Positions 16,387-23,185 of a DNA stretch of 23,185 nt are shown here, one piece after another. Source of the stretch: Candidatus Sigynarchaeum calidifontis (GTDB lineage: Archaea > Asgardarchaeota > Lokiarchaeia > Sigyniarchaeales > Sigyniarchaeaceae). Within the stretch, counting starts at the first letter, position 1. The number at the start of each line of letters is the position of its first letter. A model generated the notes under the pieces. The model was not told the DNA's origin. It worked only from the letters and a program-made list of their open reading frames with translations, and searched no databases. The DNA is taken from positions 1 through 23,185 of the forward strand of contig JAUQYZ020000015.1 in NCBI GenBank assembly GCA_030587475.2, in the 5' to 3' direction. A program made the position numbers and the translations under genes.

Positions 16387-18288
16387 ATGTCTGACCAATT
16401 AACCGACGAGCAAAAAGAACTTTATCTTGATGTTTTGAAGGAAGGCGTAACTGCATTCGATCGCTTCGTGTCTCGCGGCGATGTGGAGGACCCCGTGGAC
16501 ATTCCAAACCCGCGGCGAGATATCGACCGCGCCGTCATGAATTCCATCAAGAAATGCGTCGCTGACAAGACAGCGAGGTTCATTCCGCTTCTCGGCGCAG
16601 CCGGCTCGGGGAAAACCCACGCGTTCTGGGCGTTCAAGGACGCCGAGAAAAAGCTCTTGCAAGGAGAAGGTGCGGAGGGCGCGGAGAAGGTCGAGCCGAA
16701 CTGGACAGTCGTCTACATTCCCAGCCCGCCCACGGCGGTGCGCATCCTCTTCCACATTTACACGTGCTTGATCAACGAGATACCGGACATCATCGATAAA
16801 GTTGCCAAGGCGCTCGTCCACAACTACGGCGGCGACAAGAAGAAATTCGGCATCTTCGGTAAAGCCGATCTCGACGAGGTCATCGCCCAAGCGACGAACG
16901 ACTATCCTGGCGTGTTCGCGGACTGCGTCAAGACGCTCATCACGTACGGTATGGTCTCAGATAACACGAAGCGCGCGTTTGCCAAGCGCTGGCTGCTCGG
17001 CGAGGCCGTGGACGAGAAAGAGCTCGAGGAGCTCAAGATCCAGTCGGTCATCGAGAGCGACGACGTGTGCCTCGCCATGATCAAGCTCATCTCGAAATAC
17101 TTAAACAAGGTGCTCGTGCTCTACTTCGACGAGTTCGAGTCGCCCTATCGCACGCACGGGCCCGAGGCAGAAGTCAAGTTCCTCGAAACGCTCAAGCGCC
17201 TCTACAACGAGGTGCAGAACATCGTCATCATCGCGGCGATCCTCAAGGACATCTGGCCACGCGTGCTCGAAGTCGCTGACGCCCCGTTCAAGTCCCGCAT
17301 GGAGCCGGAGGTCGAGCTCAAGCCGTTCACTTTTGGTGATGTCAAGCTCTGGTTCGCGAAGGTGCAAGAGCATTTCTGGACGCTCAACAACCTCGACATG
17401 CCCCCGGATCCCCTGTTCCCGCTCAACGAGACCGTGCTCAAGATCATCTTCGACCGCACGCACGGGAACCCGCGCGAGACCATCAAGCTCACGCGCGTCT
17501 TCATCGACAAGCTCGTCTACGGCGACCTCACGCTCGCCGAGATCACCGAGCAAACCAAGCCGGAGGCCGTTCCCGCGAAAGCGGAACCAGCGGTCGTCAC
17601 GACAACCCCGCTCGCTAGTCTCACCGCGGCAAAAACCGCGCCGGCAGTTCCCGTTGCGACCCCACCGCCTTCCTCGGCTGCTGCACAACGTGTCGAGGAG
17701 ATCATCGATGCCGAAGGGCTCATCGTCGACGTGAACCCTGCATCCGTGCTCGGTGCCGTCACGAAGGGCATCCAGAAGGTCGCGGCCAAGGTCGGCCAGT
17801 CCCCCGATGCGATCAAGTCCACGCTCGGCTACAAGTTCTTCGTGGGCGGGAAAGAGAAGGAGATCGGCGCGCTCATCGAGTTCTCCGGCCAGAAAATCGG
17901 CATCGACATCCCCGCCGTGAAGACCTTCGATCGAAGCGGTGGCGTTGCCGCGTTCTACTCGGCAAAGCGCCTGGTCGATGGCCTCGCGAACAATACCTAC
18001 GTTCGGGCGATCATCATCATGCCCGAATCCACGAGCGGCGAGAAAACGCAGTATCTTTTCGAGCAGAACCCCGGCTTGCTCGATTTCAAGCTCAACCAGA
18101 AGCAAGCCGAGGACCTGATCCGCTGCGCGATGCTCCCCGACGCGGAGCCGACCAAGGAAACGTACATCTTCTTCAACAAGGTTACCGGGTTGAACATCCC
18201 CGTCCCGGAACCCGCGCCTGCTGCACCAGCTACACCAGCTGCACCAGCGGCGCCGGGAGTGCCACCAAGCGGGGAATTGCCCAAGTAA
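16387..18288 (+). CDS. P-loop AAA+-type ATPase (BrxD/DUF2791-like) with a Pro/Ala-rich linker and an unknown C-terminal alpha/beta domain
   Basis: Walker A GAAGSGKT, AKRWLLGE, Walker B LVLYFDEFE, a possible Arg finger in FKSRM and the lid motif THGNPRE. A PAKAEPA...PPPSS linker precedes a domain of about 170 aa and a PAAPATPAAP tail. TATA-like TATAAATA at about 16329. Confidence 0.8.
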   Translation: MSDQLTDEQKELYLDVLKEGVTAFDRFVSRGDVEDPVDIPNPRRDIDRAVMNSIKKCVADKTARFIPLLGAAGSGKTHAFWAFKDAEKKLLQGEGAEGAEKVEPNWTVVYIPSPPTAVRILFHIYTCLINEIPDIIDKVAKALVHNYGGDKKKFGIFGKADLDEVIAQATNDYPGVFADCVKTLITYGMVSDNTKRAFAKRWLLGEAVDEKELEELKIQSVIESDDVCLAMIKLISKYLNKVLVLYFDEFESPYRTHGPEAEVKFLETLKRLYNEVQNIVIIAAILKDIWPRVLEVADAPFKSRMEPEVELKPFTFGDVKLWFAKVQEHFWTLNNLDMPPDPLFPLNETVLKIIFDRTHGNPRETIKLTRVFIDKLVYGDLTLAEITEQTKPEAVPAKAEPAVVTTTPLASLTAAKTAPAVPVATPPPSSAAAQRVEEIIDAEGLIVDVNPASVLGAVTKGIQKVAAKVGQSPDAIKSTLGYKFFVGGKEKEIGALIEFSGQKIGIDIPAVKTFDRSGGVAAFYSAKRLVDGLANNTYVRAIIIMPESTSGEKTQYLFEQNPGLLDFKLNQKQAEDLIRCAMLPDAEPTKETYIFFNKVTGLNIPVPEPAPAAPATPAAPAAPGVPPSGELPK

Positions 18289-18469
18289 CACGAAAAAGTC
18301 AGCACCCCCGTCTGAGTATGGCTCTTTACTCCTTCATTTTTTCCATATAAAACAATTGAATTCCTCATTACCGTTTGACCGTTTTGTTTACCGCGGCGAC
18401 GTGGGTGTCAACAGATATCCCGAATTACGGGCGCGGGATCGATATGGCTTTTTAAAAAAACTTAACATG

Positions 18470-18653
18470 GATTATTGATTGCGACAAAAATCAGCGCAAG
18501 CTCATAGATGCTCGAATTACACGCCCTCGTCGCCCGCTATGGCACCCGGCGCCGCCCGTTTCCACGCATGACCGGCGTTTCTCTTGTAATGCTTCGTTGA
18601 TGCGTGGAAGTTGGTCATGTCATGATCGCCCATTTTTGTCGCCGTCGATAATC
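18470..18653. repeat. 184-bp intergenic element bounded by 22-bp imperfect inverted repeats, with an internal 10-bp hairpin stem
   Basis: GATTATTGATTGCGACAAAAAT (18470-91) against ATTTTTGTCGCCGTCGATAATC (18632-53) gives 19/22 Watson-Crick pairs. Internal stem TTCCACGCAT(18560-69)/ATGCGTGGAA(18600-09). Confidence 0.65.
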
Positions 18654-18773
18654 TTTATCAAATAAAAAAAGTCAAGAAGGCATTAACCGGCATAATTGCC
18701 CAGAATTTTTGAATGAATGGTGCAGCGACGGGGCAATCCCCTAATTTACCGTTAAAAAAGCCTGCAATCGTGT

Positions 18774-19079
18774 TTAAACGTCTTTCTTTTCTCCTTTCAT
18801 CTTCTCGTACAAGACCTTGCCTTTCCCATCGACCACTTTTACCACGCGGTGCAGCGGTATCGGCACCTCGTCGTCGTAATCCAGGCCTTTTTCGTCCTCT
18901 TGCTTCTTGACGTAGATGTAGCCCTTGTCGAAGCGCGAAATCTCGGGCATTGAAATGGATTTCACGTCGTTCCGGGCGCCACGGTGGGTGATGATGACAG
19001 CCACGTTCTCTTTACGTTCGGCAGGCATGTTCCAGCGGATATCCTCCAGCACCTCGATGAGCGGGTTCTTTTTCGTCAT
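18774..19079 (-). CDS. DUF504 / MJ1316 RNA cyclic-end recognition domain protein
   Basis: EVLEDIRWN, ITHRGA, IPLHRVVKV and VLYEK are family hallmarks. ATG 19079 is preferred; 19100 is the alternative. Confidence 0.82.
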   Translation of the reverse strand: MTKKNPLIEVLEDIRWNMPAERKENVAVIITHRGARNDVKSISMPEISRFDKGYIYVKKQEDEKGLDYDDEVPIPLHRVVKVVDGKGKVLYEKMKGEKKDV

Positions 19080-19100
19080 GGCGATGCACGGCATTTGCAT

Positions 19101-20288
19101 TCATTCGATCCCGAGCGACTTCGCGACGATCTCGACAAGGTCGAGCACCTTCACGTCCAAGCCCATTGCCCGGAGCCAGTTGCAAGCCTTCTCGATGCCT
19201 TGAAAACACGCGGGGCAATGCGTGACCACGATGCTCGCCCCGGCTTCCGCGATGTCCGCCGATTTTGCCCGCGCCTGGAAATCGGACACGTTCACGTCGT
19301 GCAGTGCCACGCCACCGCCCATCCCGCAGCAGTTGCAGTCCTCCTTGCCGTGCTTGAATTCAACGAGGTCGACGCCGGGAATCGATTTCAACACGTCGCG
19401 CGGCTCGTTGTAGATGCCCATGTGCCTGCCGAGCTCGCACGGGTCGTGGTAGACCACCTTGCCTTGTAGCACGACCGGCTTCAAGCGGATCGCGTCCATC
19501 TGGATCTTCTCGACCAGGTACTCGCTCGCCATCAAGCAAGTGAAGGGTAATGGTTTTCCGAGCAGTTTTGGGTACACCTCCTTGAAGACGCGATAGCAAC
19601 CCGGGCACGTGAAGATGACTCGCTTGACTCCCAGGTCCTCCATTTTCTTGATGTTGGCCTCGGCCAGCCCCTTCATCTTCTCTTCCGGCGCCCCCGTGAG
19701 TGCCATGGGGTTGCCGCAGCACGCCTCGTCCTCGCCAAGCAGCGTGAAGTCCTCGCCGAGCTTGTCGAGAATCTGCACCATGCGGGCAGGGATGTTGGCC
19801 AGGCCTCCCTTGAACGACGCCTGGCAGCCGATAAAGTACAAGACCGGGGCATGTTTGCCCACGTGGTTCCCGACAAGCTCGCTAACGTCCGCGCTCCACA
19901 AGTCAACCCGATCCTCTTGATCGAGACCGAACATGTTTTTTTGCTCCACGATCGTCTCGTGAACCTGGAGCACCTGGGGCGCGGCCATTCCTTGCTCGAC
20001 CAAGAATTTGCGCGCCTCGAGGATGACATCCGTGACATTCGCCAGGGAGGGGCACGTTGCGACGCATTGATTGCAATAAAAACAAGTAAAGATCCCATCT
20101 TCGACAACTTTCGACGGCTTGATTTTGCCGTCAACAAGCCCCTGGACGAGCATCATGCGGCCGCGCGGGCCGTACACGTCCCAGCCTGGCCTACCCTCGA
20201 TATTCGCTTCTAGCGACGGGCACCTTGCTCGGCATTGTCCGCACCGGACGCATTTTTCCAGCTCCGACCGCATGTTTTCTATTGTCAC
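19101..20288 (-). CDS. Fe-S oxidoreductase, GlcF/HdrD-like (2x[4Fe-4S] plus two CCG domains)
   Basis: CVRCGQCRARCP, GPRGR, CFYCNQCVATCP, YFIGC, EACCG, FTCPGC, YHDPCELGR, NCCGMGGG and THCPAC. Confidence 0.9.
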   Translation of the reverse strand: MTIENMRSELEKCVRCGQCRARCPSLEANIEGRPGWDVYGPRGRMMLVQGLVDGKIKPSKVVEDGIFTCFYCNQCVATCPSLANVTDVILEARKFLVEQGMAAPQVLQVHETIVEQKNMFGLDQEDRVDLWSADVSELVGNHVGKHAPVLYFIGCQASFKGGLANIPARMVQILDKLGEDFTLLGEDEACCGNPMALTGAPEEKMKGLAEANIKKMEDLGVKRVIFTCPGCYRVFKEVYPKLLGKPLPFTCLMASEYLVEKIQMDAIRLKPVVLQGKVVYHDPCELGRHMGIYNEPRDVLKSIPGVDLVEFKHGKEDCNCCGMGGGVALHDVNVSDFQARAKSADIAEAGASIVVTHCPACFQGIEKACNWLRAMGLDVKVLDLVEIVAKSLGIE

Positions 20289-20299
20289 GATTCATTCCC

Positions 20300-21709
20300 T
20301 CAAAATATTTTCCCCGGATTCATGATGTTGTCCGGATCCAGCGCGTGCTTGATTTTCTTCATGATACCATATGCTTGTGGGTACATCACGTCCATGTATT
20401 CTTTGCGGGCCACGCCGATGCCGTGCTCGCCCGTCACGGTGCCTCCGACCGAGAGCGCCCACGCGTGGATCTCCGCCGCCAGCTCCTTCATGGCCTTCCA
20501 ATCCTTATCTTCCGATTTCCGGATCGTGATGGCAGGATGGACGGAACCGATGCTGATGTGGCCGAAGATCAACGTGCCGAGACGATATTTTTCCCGGAGC
20601 TCGCGCAATTTCCGCAGCGTCTTGGGCATTTCCGTGAGCGGAACGCAGATGTCCTCCCCCTCGTAGATCCGGCTATAGCCATCCTTGAACACGCTGGTCG
20701 CGGCACCGACGGAACTGCGTGCCGACCAGAGCTTTTCTGCCTCCTTGGGATCCGCCGAGAACTCGTGGTCCTTCGCGCCAAGGGCATCGAGCACGTCACA
20801 AAGCTGTTTGATCTGGGATCTCACGAAGTCCTGGTTTCCCTCGAGTTCGAACAAGAGCATTGCCTCGGCAATCTTGACCCCGGTTTGTGGCTTGTACTTC
20901 CGGACGACTTCCAGGGCAGATTTGTCCATGATCTCGATGGCGCTCGGGACGATGCCCGCTTGGTAGGTGTTGATGACCGCTTTCCCCGCCGTCTCGAGAT
21001 CTTCGAAGTATGCGACCAGGATACCTCTCGAAGGCGGGAGGGGTAAGATCTTCAGGCGGAACTCGGCCATGATGCCCAGCGTTCCCTCCGACCCGGCGAA
21101 GAGCCGAAGCAAGTCCAGGCCGGCGACGTTCTTGAGCGCCTTGCACCCGAAGGGCACGATGGAACCATCGGCCATGACGAAGGTCGCGCCGAGCAAGTAA
21201 TCCTTGGCCGTGCCGTACTTGAACGCCCGCATGCCGGACGCGTCGTTCGCGACCACGCCGCCTAGGGTAGCCATCTTGTCGCTGCCGGGAATGACCGGGT
21301 AGAAGAACTTGTACGGCTTGAGAAACTGGTTTAGCTGGTCAACAACCACGCCCGGCTGCACCGTGACTTGAAGATTGGCAAGGTCGAGGTCGAGGATCTT
21401 GTTCATGCGGGTCATGTCGATCATGACGCCACCCGTCGGGGCGACTGCGCCCCCGGTAGCCCCGCTACCAGCACCGCGCGGGATGACGGGAAGCTTGTGC
21501 TTTGCACAGATCTTCACGCAGCTGGCGATCTCATCGACCGTCCCCGGCCTGACCACGATATCTGGTTTGCCGGTGACGTCGCTCACGTCGAAACCGTATG
21601 TGTATAACACGGCTTCGTCGGTCGAGCAGTTGACCGCGCCGACGGCACTCTCGAATTGCTTGATGATGTCCTTTGACAACATGGCTGGCGAGCCTTCCAC
21701 TTTGCACAT
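20300..21709 (-). CDS. FAD-linked oxidase, GlcD/D-lactate dehydrogenase family
   Basis: PRGAGSGATGG, TLGG.VA.DASG.RAFKYG, GSEGTLGI, ED.CVP, FGH...G..H, GEHGIG and DP.NIMNPGK. Alternative ATG at 21682. It lies 11 bp from the GlcF-like gene. Confidence 0.92.
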   Translation of the reverse strand: MCKVEGSPAMLSKDIIKQFESAVGAVNCSTDEAVLYTYGFDVSDVTGKPDIVVRPGTVDEIASCVKICAKHKLPVIPRGAGSGATGGAVAPTGGVMIDMTRMNKILDLDLANLQVTVQPGVVVDQLNQFLKPYKFFYPVIPGSDKMATLGGVVANDASGMRAFKYGTAKDYLLGATFVMADGSIVPFGCKALKNVAGLDLLRLFAGSEGTLGIMAEFRLKILPLPPSRGILVAYFEDLETAGKAVINTYQAGIVPSAIEIMDKSALEVVRKYKPQTGVKIAEAMLLFELEGNQDFVRSQIKQLCDVLDALGAKDHEFSADPKEAEKLWSARSSVGAATSVFKDGYSRIYEGEDICVPLTEMPKTLRKLRELREKYRLGTLIFGHISIGSVHPAITIRKSEDKDWKAMKELAAEIHAWALSVGGTVTGEHGIGVARKEYMDVMYPQAYGIMKKIKHALDPDNIMNPGKIF

Positions 21710-21803
21710 GGTTATTTACAAGATAGCATCTAGCTGGCGCCATTTAATCTGTACTTTTTTGAAGCATGACCTTCCTAGATCGAACTAGAAGGATGATTCA
21801 ATT

Positions 21804-23185
21804 ATGGTCGCCATAAAGCACACCATCGCGCACCAGAGCGGCATCCCGCTGGGCGGCATCGGGACGGGTTCCGTTGAAATCTGGCCGGACGGGTACTTCC
21901 ACGAGTGGCAAATCTTCAACATCGGCAAGTGGGCACCCCGGCAGCCTGGCCATGGCGAAAAGAAGGAACCTTCCATGGATCCGGCGGGCTTGACCTTTTT
22001 TTTGCGGGTCAAAGATGATGAAAAGGGCGTGGTCATGCGGCGGCTCGGCATCCGCACCGACCAGCACGATCTTTACAGCTTGGCATGGCTCAAGAGCGTC
22101 AAGGGCATCGATTTCGAAGGCCGGTTCCCTGTCGCCAAGCTGGCGTATATCGACGACACGCTGCCGGTCGACGTGTCGTGCAAGATGCTGGCACCATTCA
22201 TGCCACACGACTCGCGGGTGTCTGGCACGCCTGGTTTTTACGCTATCTTCAAGGTCACGAATAAATCTAGCAAACCTGTCGACGTGGCGTTGATGGGTAT
22301 CCTCGCTAATCCCATCGCCGTGGATTTAAAGGACAGGAAGCTCGTCAACACGATGTCAAAGTGCGGGGATGCGACGATCCTCACGATGCGGACTGCCGCG
22401 ACCAAAGGCTTCGCCGCGACGCACGGCAGCATGTCGTTTTCCGTTTCCGGCGGGGAAGCATCATGGATCGCCGCGGAATTCGAGCAATATTTCAAGGATT
22501 TCCGGCTCGGGAGCGAGAACACGCACATCTCCGTGTTCCACCAGTGGCGCGTTGCAGGGCGGCTGTGGAACCTTGGGGACGGGGTAAAAAATCCCGCGAG
22601 GTTGGCAAAATACTTCCCGAAGGGGAAATCCGAGGCCGAGAAGCGGCGGCTCCTCGATGACCTTACCAAATACGCGTTCGCGCGTGACTTGATGGAGCGA
22701 TACTGCGAAACGGGTGTGGACCTGAAAACGGCGAGCGAGGCAGATGTCGACAAGATCTTGATGCAATTTACCGAGTTTTTCTTCAACCAGATCATTTTCA
22801 ACAAGGCACGGCCATCATGGGGGCACGGGGCGCTGGCCGCATCGTGCACGATCAAGCCCGGCGAATCCAAGGACATCGCATTCATCCTGAGTTGGCATTT
22901 CCCCAACCATTATAGCCAAAAGGGCGAGATCATCGGCCACATGTACGAGAACTGGTTCCGTGACGCCGAGGACGTGAACAAGTTCCTCATCGAGAAAAGG
23001 GAAACGCTGGTGAGCAAGACAGAAGCATTTGCAAACGCGCTGTTCGACACGTCCTTGCCGCCGAGCCTGGCAGAAGCGTGGGCCGCCCAGCTCACGACGA
23101 TCCCGAAGTGCACGTGGTGGGTCAAGAACGGCGATTTCGGGGTGTGGGAGGGGCTCGGCTGTTGCGGTTTCCACACGACCGACAT
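21804..23185 (+). CDS. GH116 family glycoside hydrolase (non-lysosomal glucosylceramidase/beta-glucosidase-like), 3'-truncated
   Basis: Absent from the ORF track because it has no stop in the window. Manual translation is open for 460 codons: SGIPLGGIGTGSVEI..DG.F.EWQIFN, GRFPVA.L.Y.D, PF.PHD...S..P, F.LSWHFPN, GH.Y..WF and VWEGLGCCGFHTTD. Confidence 0.9.
   Translation, partial: MVAIKHTIAHQSGIPLGGIGTGSVEIWPDGYFHEWQIFNIGKWAPRQPGHGEKKEPSMDPAGLTFFLRVKDDEKGVVMRRLGIRTDQHDLYSLAWLKSVKGIDFEGRFPVAKLAYIDDTLPVDVSCKMLAPFMPHDSRVSGTPGFYAIFKVTNKSSKPVDVALMGILANPIAVDLKDRKLVNTMSKCGDATILTMRTAATKGFAATHGSMSFSVSGGEASWIAAEFEQYFKDFRLGSENTHISVFHQWRVAGRLWNLGDGVKNPARLAKYFPKGKSEAEKRRLLDDLTKYAFARDLMERYCETGVDLKTASEADVDKILMQFTEFFFNQIIFNKARPSWGHGALAASCTIKPGESKDIAFILSWHFPNHYSQKGEIIGHMYENWFRDAEDVNKFLIEKRETLVSKTEAFANALFDTSLPPSLAEAWAAQLTTIPKCTWWVKNGDFGVWEGLGCCGFHTTD

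Noticed and set aside
18205-18260. Short (GCACCAGCT)-like nucleotide repeats
   Set aside because: They are explained by the low-complexity PAAPATPAAP protein tail.
17101-18291. Long antisense and alternate-frame ORFs (for example 17101..18291, 3984..4685, 10573..11274, 20225..21046, 22238..22906)
   Set aside because: They are shadows of well-supported genes caused by GC-rich codon bias and carry no recognisable motifs.
18560-18609. An AUGA...GA arrangement in a + strand hairpin resembling a second SECIS
   Set aside because: It has no internal loop below the core and no helix II in the required register, and the upstream ATPase has no in-frame UGA.
19079-19103. The GlcF-like gene's TGA is immediately followed in frame by the DUF504 ORF, suggesting a read-through fusion
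   Set aside because: The UGA is not at a Cys-homologous position, both proteins are full-length alone, and I found no convincing minus-strand SECIS downstream.

Overview
A gene-dense, housekeeping/metabolic stretch of an archaeal chromosome. It is most consistent with an Asgard (Lokiarchaeia/Sigynarchaeota-like) genome; this is inferred from a fused Fae-Hps, an ADP-forming acyl-CoA synthetase, a multi-TM protein with a longin-like tail, an MJ1316/DUF504 protein and a eukaryote-like SECIS. Order: partial membrane protein; aspartokinase; an unannotated 52-aa ORF; a Lys-rich hypothetical; a 30-bp tandem repeat; acyl-CoA synthetase (ADP-forming), Pta-N/DRTGG protein and YjbQ; multi-TM/longin-like protein; fae-hps; membrane-anchored FKBP; a minus-strand trio (YdjM-like hydrolase, membrane beta-helix acyltransferase, FabG-like SDR); anaerobic sulfatase-maturase radical SAM; selD; HisJ-type PHP phosphatase; a solo BrxD/DUF2791-like ATPase; a 184-bp element bounded by 22-bp inverted repeats; DUF504, GlcF-like and GlcD-like genes; and a GH116 glycosidase running off the right edge. 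The main hidden feature is that selD is a selenoprotein which the ORF track split at an in-frame UGA (G-U-S-C-K). It has a 3'-UTR AUGA/GA kink-turn SECIS about 1 kb downstream that carries an extra inserted hairpin. No CRISPR array, tRNA, rRNA or transposase was seen.
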